From: Candidatus Omnitrophota bacterium
GTDB lineage: Bacteria; Omnitrophota; Gorgyraeia; Zapsychrales; JANLHA01
Length of the DNA: 64,000 nucleotides
Assembly (NCBI GenBank): GCA_022711395.1
Contig: JAKLFA010000004.1
Coordinates: 6,361-70,360, forward strand
Direction: 5' to 3'
How positions within the stretch are numbered: the stretch's first letter is position 1; each line of letters begins with the position of its first letter. The notes under the pieces were generated by a model. That model was not told the DNA's origin. It was given only the letters and a program-made list of their open reading frames with translations, and did not search any database. Below are positions 38,697 through 50,013 of this stretch, in pieces. The position numbers and the translations under genes were made by a program.

Positions 38697-39134
38697 TTAG
38701 AGGTCAATCATATTTTCAGCGATATCTTCAAACGAACTGCTGCCTTGATCATAAAACTGTTTCCAGACATCAGCCGCCCAGATTTCAATGCGCGTGGAAA
38801 CACCGATCACCACAACCTGCTGATCGATCTGTGCGTATGTTTTTAAATACTGCGGAACGACAAAGCGCCCCTGCTTGTCAGGAATAATATCAATAGCACC
38901 GGAAAAGAACAACCGGTTGAAATTACGGGACTCTCGTTTGGTAAATGGCATGGATTTAAATTTCTGCTCTTGGATCCGCCACTCGTCTTGGCTGAACATA
39001 AAAATACATTTATCGAGACCGCGCGTCACAAAAAATTTTTCGATCCCGTTTTCCAGGCAAACATCCCGAAACCGGGCCGGCAGGATAAGGCGCCCTTTAC
39101 GATCAATACTATGTGAATATTCACCGTAAAACAT
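38697..39134 (-). CDS. mraZ: Transcriptional regulator MraZ
   Basis: 145 aa with a duplicated MraZ domain (DxxGRL motifs: IDRKGRLILP and PDKQGRFVVP). Confidence 0.85.
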   Translation of the reverse strand: MFYGEYSHSIDRKGRLILPARFRDVCLENGIEKFFVTRGLDKCIFMFSQDEWRIQEQKFKSMPFTKRESRNFNRLFFSGAIDIIPDKQGRFVVPQYLKTYAQIDQQVVVIGVSTRIEIWAADVWKQFYDQGSSSFEDIAENMIDL

Positions 39135-39158
39135 GAAGGCCTTCCGGTTGATTTTTAA

Positions 39159-39185
39159 TCCACTTCACTCCACTTTGCTCCACTT
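39159..39185 (-). promoter_or_regulatory. MraZ operator: three direct AAGTGGA repeats with exact 10-bp periodicity
   Basis: The minus strand reads AAGTGGAgcaAAGTGGAgtgAAGTGGA (plus-strand TCCACTT at 39159, 39169 and 39179). It lies between the predicted -10 box and the mraZ start codon. This matches the known MraZ binding architecture of GTGG-type repeats spaced one helical turn apart. Confidence 0.5.
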
Positions 39186-39193
39186 ACATGTCA

Positions 39194-39222
39194 AGTATAT
39201 CGAAGGACCGGAACAGTGTCAA
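39194..39222 (-). promoter_or_regulatory. Sigma70-type promoter of the dcw operon (Pmra): TTGACA-17-TATACT
   Basis: The minus strand reads TTGACActgttccggtccttcgaTATACT. The -35 box is at 39217..39222 and the -10 box at 39194..39199, directly upstream of the MraZ repeats. Confidence 0.5.
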
Positions 39223-39334
39223 TACAAATTATTCTATATTTTATTGAAATACAATGAGTTGTAGAGAGTGGAGCGGAAAATACAAAATGTGGTGGGTGTT
39301 TTTTAAAAAAAACACCGCGATTAGAGAATTTTTC

Positions 39335-40285
39335 TTAAATTTTACAGGTGAGAAAAAAATGGGATTTGAACCACTGCCTGACCGATACGGCATCAGACTG
39401 CAACTGAGCAGCTAAGGAAGCTTGACTGGAAAAGACATGCTCATCGCGAATACGCTTCAAAAATTCAACCAAAATATTCTGACCATAAAGATTTCCTCTA
39501 AAATCAAAAATATGCACCTCGATATTTACGGGAGCCTTCCTTTTAAAGGACGGCCGATGGCCAATATTCGCCATTCCGAAATAAACGCGGTCCCTGATCG
39601 TAACTCTCACGCAATACACACCGATCGGCGCCATCCCCGTGGTGTAAGGGTTCAAATTTGCCGTCGGAAAACCTAAAAGCCGGCCTCTTTGATCCCCACG
39701 GACAACCTGTCCGTAAACAGCCACCGGACGGTCCAAAAGATGCTGGGCATGACGGATATCACCCTCTCGAATAAACTCACGGATACGAGAACTGCTGACC
39801 TGCTTGCTTCCCTTGCGTCGGGTCCCAATAACGTGCACCTTAAATCCGCAAGTTTCTGCCATCATCATTAAAAGACCGACATCACCGCGTCGGTCCCTTC
39901 CAAAATAGAAATCATCACCGACAATGACTTCAACGGCCCCGATGCGATCTCGAAGGTATCGCCGAATAAAAACCTTCGGGTCTAACGATGCAAACCGTTT
40001 CGTGAACTTCACGACAATGCAGGCGTCGACACCCATCTCTTCAAGAAGTTTCAACCGATAGGCCGGCGAAGAAATCAAAGGCAATTCCTTCCCGGGACAA
40101 ATGACCTGGCGCGGATGAGGATCAAAGGTCATGACAACAACCTGCCCACCGATAGCCCGCGCGCGACGGATCGCTTTCTGGATCAGTTTACGATGCCCAT
40201 GATGCAGACCATCAAAAACGCCGACAGCCAAGACAGGACATCGAAAAGGTCTTTTTAAATCACTTACACGATGTATGATCTTCAT
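39335..40285 (-). CDS. ribF: Bifunctional riboflavin kinase / FMN adenylyltransferase
   Basis: 316 aa. N-terminal FAD synthetase domain (GVFDGLHHGH) plus a C-terminal riboflavin kinase domain. Confidence 0.9.
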   Translation of the reverse strand: MKIIHRVSDLKRPFRCPVLAVGVFDGLHHGHRKLIQKAIRRARAIGGQVVVMTFDPHPRQVICPGKELPLISSPAYRLKLLEEMGVDACIVVKFTKRFASLDPKVFIRRYLRDRIGAVEVIVGDDFYFGRDRRGDVGLLMMMAETCGFKVHVIGTRRKGSKQVSSSRIREFIREGDIRHAQHLLDRPVAVYGQVVRGDQRGRLLGFPTANLNPYTTGMAPIGVYCVRVTIRDRVYFGMANIGHRPSFKRKAPVNIEVHIFDFRGNLYGQNILVEFLKRIRDEHVFSSQASLAAQLQSDAVSVRQWFKSHFFLTCKI

Positions 40286-40988
40286 TATTTAAAGACTTCT
40301 CTCGTTTCCAAGGGCGCACATGCTCCGGCTTCAGGTCCTCCAAGCCCACCGCATCCTTGATCGAAAACGGTCCCACATGGGTCCGCTCGATCTGCGAAAT
40401 ACACGCCCCGCAACCCAATCGCCCCCCGACATCTTCAGCGACCTGGCGCACATAGGTTCCCTTGGAACATTTCAAAAAAAACGATACCTGCGGCGGCTGA
40501 AATTCTAAAAGCTCGATACGGCTGATTGTCACCCGCCGTGGTTCACGCTCCACTTCAAGCCCATGACGGGCCAAAGCATAAAGTCGCTTTCCATTGACTT
40601 TGACGGCGGAGACCATAGGCGGAACCTGATCGATCTCCCCTTCAAACCCTTTTAAGACATCCAAAAACTGTTCAACCGTAATGTGACGGTATTCCTTTTC
40701 CCTTACAATCTCCCCCTGGACGTCCGCGGTCGTCGTCTGCCTACCCAAGATCATCGTTGCCCGATAACCTTTATCAAATGCCATGAATTGATCAAACAAT
40801 TTTGTGGATGGCCCGACCAAAAGAACAAGCACCCCCGTTGCCAAGGGATCCAGCGTTCCGGCATGACCAATACGCTTCATCCCCAAGGCCCGACGAGCCC
40901 GGTCAACAACATCATGAGACGTCATTCCAGCAGACTTGTTGATCACGACGATCCCATTCAAAGAATTTCCCTGCCCAGAATATTTCAT
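40260..40988 (-). CDS. truB: tRNA pseudouridine(55) synthase
   Basis: 242 aa. Catalytic Asp motif (HAGTLDPLATGVLVL). Confidence 0.85.
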   Translation of the reverse strand: MKYSGQGNSLNGIVVINKSAGMTSHDVVDRARRALGMKRIGHAGTLDPLATGVLVLLVGPSTKLFDQFMAFDKGYRATMILGRQTTTADVQGEIVREKEYRHITVEQFLDVLKGFEGEIDQVPPMVSAVKVNGKRLYALARHGLEVEREPRRVTISRIELLEFQPPQVSFFLKCSKGTYVRQVAEDVGGRLGCGACISQIERTHVGPFSIKDAVGLEDLKPEHVRPWKREKSLNNEDHTSCK

Positions 40989-41968
40989 TTGCTTTTAATC
41001 CTCACCACTTCTCGAGCGACACGCTTGAGAATCCGCCGACGAGCAGCTTTCATATCACAATCCAAAATACAGCCGCTGGCCTTACTGTGCCCACCGCCGT
41101 TGAAATAATACGCAATCTGCGCCACATCAACTGATCCTTGCGAACGAAAATTCACTCTCGTGCGGTTTTTGCCGTCTTCCGTGAAGATCATAAGAACCTC
41201 CACCCCTTTAATCGACCTTAGCAGTCCGAAAATCTTATCCCTGAGATCAAATTCTTTAGAAAATTTGTTCACAATCCTTTTCGGGAGGTCAACACAAATC
41301 AAAGCCCCATCATGCAAAGCGTCAAATTCACTCGCAACTTGAGTAAAATATTTTAAATCCGCCAACGGCACGTTCTCATAGACCAATTTGAAAATATCCT
41401 GCGGCAAAAAATCATATTTCAACAGTTCCGCGATGATCGCATGCGTGTGGGCCGATGTGTTCGTGTAACGAAATGAGCCCGTATCGGTCATGATTCCGGT
41501 ATAAATCAAATACGCGATATCCCTTGGCAAAGACACCTGCCAGCCCTTAAACAAACTATAGATTAATTCTGAAGTCGATGAGGCCTTGGCATCCACATAA
41601 TTCAGATCACCGAACTTCGTATTGGTCACATGGTGGTCAATATTCACAATTGGTCGTCCTTCTCGCAAAAGCCGTTTGATCTTGCCGATCCGATCTAAAT
41701 CCCCACAATCCATAATAACCGCGACGTCGTAATCCAGTCTTGTTCTCCGGCCAATCGCATGCACTTTACCAATGCCGGGCATAAAACCCATGTGCTTGGA
41801 AGGCGCATCTTCGGCCACCACATGAACTTTTTTGCCTATCGATTCCAGATAGATCGACAGCGCCAATTCTGAAGCAAACGCGTCCGGATCAGGATTCACA
41901 TGCGAACAAATCAAAAATGTCCGCGCCTGTCGGATCAGCTCTAGAAATTTTTTTGCGTTCTTAATCAT
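40985..41968 (-). CDS. nrnA: DHH/DHHA1 family phosphoesterase (NrnA-like nanoRNase / pAp phosphatase)
   Basis: 327 aa. DHH motifs (HVNPDPDAFAS, DHH at IDHHVTN) and a DHHA1 C-terminus (GGGH). Lies between rbfA and truB, as in many bacteria. Confidence 0.75.
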   Translation of the reverse strand: MIKNAKKFLELIRQARTFLICSHVNPDPDAFASELALSIYLESIGKKVHVVAEDAPSKHMGFMPGIGKVHAIGRRTRLDYDVAVIMDCGDLDRIGKIKRLLREGRPIVNIDHHVTNTKFGDLNYVDAKASSTSELIYSLFKGWQVSLPRDIAYLIYTGIMTDTGSFRYTNTSAHTHAIIAELLKYDFLPQDIFKLVYENVPLADLKYFTQVASEFDALHDGALICVDLPKRIVNKFSKEFDLRDKIFGLLRSIKGVEVLMIFTEDGKNRTRVNFRSQGSVDVAQIAYYFNGGGHSKASGCILDCDMKAARRRILKRVAREVVRIKSK

Positions 41969-41979
41969 CCCCCGCCTCT

Positions 41980-42474
41980 TTATCTTTCGTCCTCATTTCC
42001 AAGCCCATCTTCAAACCCACCCTCAAGGCCATCCTGGACATCTTCATCTTCCAGCCATTCCTCCCCTAAGTCCTTATCCTCCAGCTCATCATCCTGCGAC
42101 CCATCATCCGTCGAAGCATTCAAATAATCAAACGGCGCTGATTCCTTGATCTCTTCCAAAGCCTCCTCCACTCTAATACTATACTGGATAGACGGATCAT
42201 AAACAAAATTAATCCGCGGCGTATGCCGTAAATTGATCCGCTCACCCACCATCTTCCGCACAAGGCTCGCGGCATGCCTTAGCACAAGCTCGACCTCTCC
42301 AACGTTCTCCGGCGGACCCAACACACTGAATCCGATCCTGGCATTCTTAAAATCCGGGCTGACGCTAACCTCCGTGATCGAAACAAACTCCAAACGCGGG
42401 TCCTGCAAATCCTGCAGAATGATATTACTGATCTCGCGTTTCATCTGCTGATTGATGCGTTCCATACGGCTCAT
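41980..42474 (-). CDS. rbfA: Ribosome-binding factor A with an acidic C-terminal tail
   Basis: 164 aa. KH-like RbfA core (RLEFVSITEVSVSPDFKNARI) followed by a long D/E-rich extension. Confidence 0.85.
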   Translation of the reverse strand: MSRMERINQQMKREISNIILQDLQDPRLEFVSITEVSVSPDFKNARIGFSVLGPPENVGEVELVLRHAASLVRKMVGERINLRHTPRINFVYDPSIQYSIRVEEALEEIKESAPFDYLNASTDDGSQDDELEDKDLGEEWLEDEDVQDGLEGGFEDGLGNEDER

Positions 42475-43581
42475 CTACAACTCCTGGCACTTATATTGAT
42501 TAACAAGAAAAGTTTTTACCTCCCCTTTGAGCTCGCCCGGGCCACAAGCCAAAACAAAAAACACAAGATCCTCGGAAAAACGCCCTACCATTTCAGAAAG
42601 ACACGCATCCTTCTGGCCGTTAAAATGCTTCAAATAGCATTTAAGATCCGTCAACTGCTGAAGCAGCCCTTTCTCCGGACGTCGCAACTGAAAAGAATCC
42701 AAGCAAGCCGCCCTCTGTTTTTCCGGCATGCCCCAGAACAGACCCAACATATAAATCATAGGCCAATTTTTGAATTTCAGCTGCATTTTTTTTAAGCGTT
42801 CGGCGCGACGGCAAAAATCTGAAAATGCCTTTGCGTCATAACTGAACTGCTGAAAGAGCAACCCGCCACCCAATTGGTCCAAGCGTTTCAAGCATCCAGC
42901 GGGATCCGGCTCCGCGAAAAACCGACGGAACTCCGTAAAATACCGTGGAGGATTCACCGTGGCATCCAGTCCTTCGCTCAAAGCCTCTTTCAAAAGCCTG
43001 CGCGTTAATGATTCCAAACGAAAATCAAAACGCCTTTCAAAACGCACAGCCCTTAGAACTCGCGTGGGATCGTCCACAAAGCTCTCATCATGAAAGATCC
43101 GTATGACCCGATTTCTCAGATCTTCCTGGCCGCCGCAACGATCGATCATCCGGCCACGCTCAGGGCCGTTGACCTGGACAGCCAGGGCATTGATCGTAAA
43201 ATCCCTTCTCACAACATCATCTTCAAATGTGGACGGCTCAACCTTCGGAAGCGCTCCTTGAGTAGGATACGTCTCTCTGCGCGCTGTCACAAAATCCACA
43301 TAAAGGCCGCTCTTCAAATACACGGTCGCCGTGCCGAACCTCGGATGCGTTTTCAGAACAGCGCCTTTGACCTTGGCCCATCCTTGAGCGAAATCAATCG
43401 CATCCGCCTCAAGCACAATATCCACATCACGGCTCTTCAAGCCCAAAAGCGCGTCCCGCACAATACCACCAATCAATCGAACGGAAACCCGAAGCGAATC
43501 GGCATACGCTCCAATATCGCCCACCAGCGAACTGACCTCGGGATCCAATTTTTTCAAGACATCCTTCATTCTGCTTCTCAC
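42475..43581 (-). CDS. CCA tRNA nucleotidyltransferase / poly(A) polymerase family protein (class II NTase head domain)
   Basis: 368 aa. IGGIVRDALLG and the DxD (DVDIVL) head-domain motifs. No obvious HD domain. Confidence 0.7.
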   Translation of the reverse strand: MRSRMKDVLKKLDPEVSSLVGDIGAYADSLRVSVRLIGGIVRDALLGLKSRDVDIVLEADAIDFAQGWAKVKGAVLKTHPRFGTATVYLKSGLYVDFVTARRETYPTQGALPKVEPSTFEDDVVRRDFTINALAVQVNGPERGRMIDRCGGQEDLRNRVIRIFHDESFVDDPTRVLRAVRFERRFDFRLESLTRRLLKEALSEGLDATVNPPRYFTEFRRFFAEPDPAGCLKRLDQLGGGLLFQQFSYDAKAFSDFCRRAERLKKMQLKFKNWPMIYMLGLFWGMPEKQRAACLDSFQLRRPEKGLLQQLTDLKCYLKHFNGQKDACLSEMVGRFSEDLVFFVLACGPGELKGEVKTFLVNQYKCQEL

Positions 43582-44462
43582 GCCCTGGGATGAAACTGTT
43601 TATGAACCTGACGCAACCGTTCCCGGTCGACATGCGTATAAATCTGCGTTGTCGAGATGTCCGCATGCCCTAACATTTCCTGGACAGAACGCAAATCAGC
43701 CCCCCGCTCCAAAAGATGTGTTGCAAAGGAATGCCGCAAAGTGTGCGGTTTAATCGTTTTATGGATCTTGGCTTTTGTCGCATAGCGCTTGATCACCTTC
43801 CAAACGCTCTGGCGGCTCAGCCGCTTCCCTAAACGGCTCACAAACACATACGAACATCCGGCCTTTGCCAAAACCGGACGGGCTTCACCAAAATACTGAG
43901 CAAGCGCTTCTCTGGCCTGACGGCCGATCGGCACAATCCGCTCCTTACTCCCCTTTCCGATACATCTGACATAACCAACATCCAAACTCACATTTTCCAT
44001 CGTCAAATTTACAAGCTCCGAAACCCGCATGCCGGAGGCATAAAGCAATTCTATGATCGTGCGGTCACGCAAATGCTGGATGGTCGTTCCCTTAGTGGCC
44101 TGAATAACGGATTCAACTTCCCTCTGCGAAAGAACGTCCGGCACTCGCTTCCAGATCTTGGGCGTATCGACCAGCGCCGTTGGATCATCCTTGCAAGCAT
44201 TCTCCCTGACCAAAAACCGGTGAAATGTCTTGATCGCCGCCAAACTTCGACAAATGGACGTGACCTGAAGCCCTCCGTCTTTTTGATCGAAAATAAAATC
44301 CGTCACATCCTTACGGCGGACAGCGCTCAAGGACTGAATGGAGCGGCTTGCCAAAAATTCCGCATACTTCAAAAGATCTCTGCGGTAGGCAAGAAGCGTG
44401 TTATCTGCAAGCCCGCGCTCAACAGCCAAATAACTTAAAAAACCTTCGATAAGGTCTTCCAT
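43578..44462 (-). CDS. xerD: Site-specific tyrosine recombinase XerC/XerD
   Basis: 294 aa. The C-terminal catalytic region (LRHSFATHLLERGADLRSVQEMLGHADISTTQIYTHV) supplies the R..HxxR..Y residues. Confidence 0.8.
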   Translation of the reverse strand: MEDLIEGFLSYLAVERGLADNTLLAYRRDLLKYAEFLASRSIQSLSAVRRKDVTDFIFDQKDGGLQVTSICRSLAAIKTFHRFLVRENACKDDPTALVDTPKIWKRVPDVLSQREVESVIQATKGTTIQHLRDRTIIELLYASGMRVSELVNLTMENVSLDVGYVRCIGKGSKERIVPIGRQAREALAQYFGEARPVLAKAGCSYVFVSRLGKRLSRQSVWKVIKRYATKAKIHKTIKPHTLRHSFATHLLERGADLRSVQEMLGHADISTTQIYTHVDRERLRQVHKQFHPRA

Positions 44463-44463
44463 A

Positions 44464-47280
<2,817 letters not shown>

Positions 47281-47385
47281 GCAATGGTTTTTTGAAAACA
47301 GATATTTGAATGATCAACGTTTCTCTGGCTCTGCGCCATGTCTATACGTATCGAAAGGGTTACTTATGCGGTTTCGGCTGAAGAA

Positions 47386-47463
47386 TGGTCGGGAAGGTGG
47401 GATTCGAACCCACGACCTCAACGTCCCGAACGTTGCGCGCTAGCCGAGCTGCGCTACTTCCCG
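47386..47463 (-). tRNA. tRNA-Pro (anticodon CGG), CCA encoded
   Basis: Minus-strand sequence CGGGAAGTAGCGCAGCTCGGCTAGCGCGCAACGTTCGGGACGTTGAGGTCGTGGGTTCGAATCCCACCTTCCCGACCA. It has a 7-bp acceptor stem, an anticodon stem CAACG/CGTTG with loop TTCGGGA, and a T-arm GTGGG-TTCGAAT-CCCAC. Confidence 0.85.
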
Positions 47464-47500
47464 ACAAAATTCAAAACAAGTTAACAATAAATTTTGGGAT

Positions 47501-47529
47501 ATTCTAGCATTTTAAAATAAAGACGTCAA
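47501..47529 (-). promoter_or_regulatory. Candidate sigma70 promoter for tRNA-Pro: TTGACG-17-TAGAAT
   Basis: The minus strand reads TTGACGtctttattttaaaatgcTAGAAT, about 38 nt upstream of the mature tRNA 5' end. Confidence 0.4.
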
Positions 47530-47561
47530 TATACTGATATTAAGATTTATATATTAATTTA

Positions 47562-47710
47562 TTGGCAAAAAAATACATCCCGCCTGTAACCAATATCGAT
47601 TGAATAAAAAGAGGAGATTTTTGAGATAGGCCTGAAAGAGGCACAACTACGAAGTCATTTAAATCTGAGATATTGGCAGTTACAGAACCGGGATGTATTT
47701 TTGGAAAAAT
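47562..47710. repeat. Long imperfect inverted repeat: ~30-bp arms (AAAAATACATCCCG..CTGTAAC..CAATAT) flanking a ~75-bp spacer
   Basis: The left arm is ttggcaaaaaaatacatcccgcctgtaaccaatat (47562..47596). The right arm is atattggcagttacagaaccgggatgtatttttggaaaaa (47670..47710). A 14-nt stretch (aaaaatacatcccg) matches perfectly and ctgtaac/caatat extend the match around a small indel. On the minus-strand RNA this forms a long hairpin whose 3' arm ends in a U7 tract. Confidence 0.5.
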
Positions 47711-48300
47711 CTATTTTTTTAGCGACTCCTGTTTACATAATTCATTATTGACCCCATCAAACGTTTCATAAGAGCTGTTCACTTGTTCCATCCAAAGCTC
47801 CCAATACTCATAACTACTGTTCATCGATAATCAACCTATTCGAATCAGCCCTCTTCTGATCTCAAGTACTTTATTCTGTTCCTAAAATGATGTTTTTCAT
47901 TGAAATTCGTTAATTTTTTCTCTTTTATATCAAAAACAAAAACATGCCGCTGCTTTTTAGAATCCTCGCCTAAAAAACTGAAATCACTTTCTGAAAAATC
48001 ACATAAGCAGTAAACACGTTTCATTTTGCCTCCAGTCCGTATGCCTCATTGCACAAACCATTCAGCTTACTCTGAAGTCCCTTCATGATAACCGTCCTAC
48101 GGTCGGCCTGCCTCTACAGGAGGAATATTTATCGACATGCCATTTTATCCAGCTTAACTTATCAGTTCCGTTTATGTTTCCTAAAGGCCTTCAGAATGTT
48201 CTTCTTGAGATAATTGGTCTTATTTTGTCGACGACTTAACATATAAATTCCTTTTTATTTTTGTCGACCCCCAAGGTCGCTCCTTACAATAAAATTAGGC

Positions 48301-48329
48301 TTGCCAAAGATATTTTTTCTTGATACAGT
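48301..48329 (+). promoter_or_regulatory. Candidate sigma70-type promoter of the ECF sigma gene: TTGCCA-17-TACAGT
   Basis: ttgccaaagatattttttcttgaTACAGT. An AAGGA ribosome-binding site sits 5 nt before the ATG at 48351. Confidence 0.35.
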
Positions 48330-48350
48330 ATATTCCCTATAAGGACGCTT

Positions 48351-48944
48351 ATGCACGAGCAAACACAACAAAATGATCGAAAACTTTCGAGCCCGGAGCA
48401 GTGGGTCGATCTCCATGGAGATTATCTTTACCGCTTCGCTCTCAGCCGGTTACGGGATCCAGAGGAGGCGCAGAATGCGGTTCAAGAAACCTTTTTGGCT
48501 GCACTCAAAGCCAAAGATTCCTTTTCAGGCCGCTCAAGTGAACGGACCTGGTTGATTGGTATTTTAAAGCACAAGATTATTGATTATTTTCGAAAAAAAT
48601 ACCGTGAGACCCCGGTTTCGAGCTTACAACAGTCTGATGACGATCAAATGACCCTGGATTCATTTTTTGACCAGACGGAACACCCGCATAAATTCCCCTC
48701 TGACTGGACAGCGGACCCGCGGGAGCTGGCAGGCAACAATGAATTCTGGAAGATCCTGGAAGGTTGTATTGGGAAACTCCCCGAAACAACCGCCACAGCG
48801 TTCAGCTTAAGAGAGATCGACAAGATGTCTACTGAGGAGATCTGTAATATCCTTAAAATCACCCCGACTAATCTGTGGGTTATGTTGCACAGAGCCCGAT
48901 TACAACTCAGGGGGTGCCTAGAAAAGAACTGGTTCGAAAGGTAA
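48351..48944 (+). CDS. ECF-subfamily RNA polymerase sigma-70 factor
   Basis: 197 aa. Region 2 (YRFALSRLRDPEEAQNAVQETFLAALK) and region 4 HTH (EICNILKITPTNLWVMLHRARLQLR). Confidence 0.85.
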   Translation: MHEQTQQNDRKLSSPEQWVDLHGDYLYRFALSRLRDPEEAQNAVQETFLAALKAKDSFSGRSSERTWLIGILKHKIIDYFRKKYRETPVSSLQQSDDDQMTLDSFFDQTEHPHKFPSDWTADPRELAGNNEFWKILEGCIGKLPETTATAFSLREIDKMSTEEICNILKITPTNLWVMLHRARLQLRGCLEKNWFER

Positions 48945-48956
48945 GATCAAATAAGA

Positions 48957-49238
48957 ATGTCCGACAATCAAGACAAAAAGCTTTTCATTTCCTGCAAAAT
49001 GGCCACTAAACTCATGTCGAAAAGCATGGAACAAAGCCTTTCGCTATTTGAAAAAGCCCAACTCAACACCCATCTTTTCATGTGCAAAACTTGCGTCTTC
49101 TGTTTCAAACAAATCAGAAGCGTCTGTCAGGTTCTCAACCACTATGTTGACGCCATCTGTAGCGCCCCCCCTTCTCCTGACCAAACTCTTCCAGAAAGCA
49201 CCAAAAAGCACATGAAACAGTTTCTTCTTCACAAATAG
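48957..49238 (+). CDS. Zinc-binding anti-sigma factor (ZAS family, soluble RsrA-like)
   Basis: 93 aa starting 12 bp downstream of the sigma gene. HxxxCxxC motif (HLFMCKTC) plus an upstream Cys (ISCKMA). No TM helix. Confidence 0.65.
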   Translation: MSDNQDKKLFISCKMATKLMSKSMEQSLSLFEKAQLNTHLFMCKTCVFCFKQIRSVCQVLNHYVDAICSAPPSPDQTLPESTKKHMKQFLLHK

Positions 49239-49289
49239 AACGGTTGTAAACCCCATCCATTCATCATTTAAAAGGGCAATATTTAGAAA

Positions 49290-49988
49290 TTATCCTGTGA
49301 TCGTTTTGCCGGTGAGCTTTTCATACTCATGCATGGAGTGGAACATATGGTCCCGCTCATCCAAAGCGATACGCCGCAGAAGATCGGCCAAGCTTTTCTG
49401 CCGGGGATAGAACTCAAAATACTTGGATTCCACCGGCTCGTTATCCCATTCCGGATGCGCCTTGGCAAATTTCATGTACTCATGCTCAGCGTGGGACTCG
49501 AAAGCTGCGTTCATGTAAAATGACGTCGCCGGACTGAAGAAAAATATCGCATGGCTTAAACAAAAATATACAAACGCCATGATACGGGGCAAAAGATAAT
49601 GTTTGAGCCAGGACAGCTCAATCCCTTTTTGACCGATTAGGTCTTCCGCCAAAAGCATGTGCAGTTCTTCGTTGTCCTGACTGTAGCGGCCAAGCCAAAC
49701 ATAATGACGGCAATGATCCACTTTGCTTCTATCTGGGTCCGTGGTCCTTGCGTAGAGGCCGGTCAAACCGTCATACCCGCCTTTTTCCCATGCCCAATAC
49801 GGATATCGCGCCAGGATCTCAAGCACTTTGACCTTCGGAAGGCTGACCTCTTTACCATAAAGAAAATCCATTGTCCAATACATGCCTTTTAGAATAAAGT
49901 TGGATCTCAAACAGGGCGTAGCCAGCGTTTTTTCCTGTTCAACTTTCAGATCAAGCTCTTTACCCATTGTGAATTCATACTTGGACAT
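49290..49988 (-). CDS. Alternative oxidase (AOX/PTOX)-family diiron carboxylate protein
   Basis: 232 aa. Four E..H / ExxH iron-ligand-like motifs with AOX-like context: LEILARYPYW, DNEELHMLL (compare NERMHL), FESHAEHEY (compare LEEEA..H) and ALDERDHMFH (compare RADEAHHRDVNH). Confidence 0.6.
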   Translation of the reverse strand: MSKYEFTMGKELDLKVEQEKTLATPCLRSNFILKGMYWTMDFLYGKEVSLPKVKVLEILARYPYWAWEKGGYDGLTGLYARTTDPDRSKVDHCRHYVWLGRYSQDNEELHMLLAEDLIGQKGIELSWLKHYLLPRIMAFVYFCLSHAIFFFSPATSFYMNAAFESHAEHEYMKFAKAHPEWDNEPVESKYFEFYPRQKSLADLLRRIALDERDHMFHSMHEYEKLTGKTITG

Positions 49989-50013
49989 TGCGTCACCCCT
50001 GGTTAACAGTTTA

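Noticed and set aside
48137-48157. Six-codon ORF (MPFYPA) after a strong AGGAGG in the AT-rich region
   Set aside because: The 12-nt spacing is long, the peptide is tiny, and there is no attenuator-like structure downstream. Recorded only as a curiosity inside the unexplained region.
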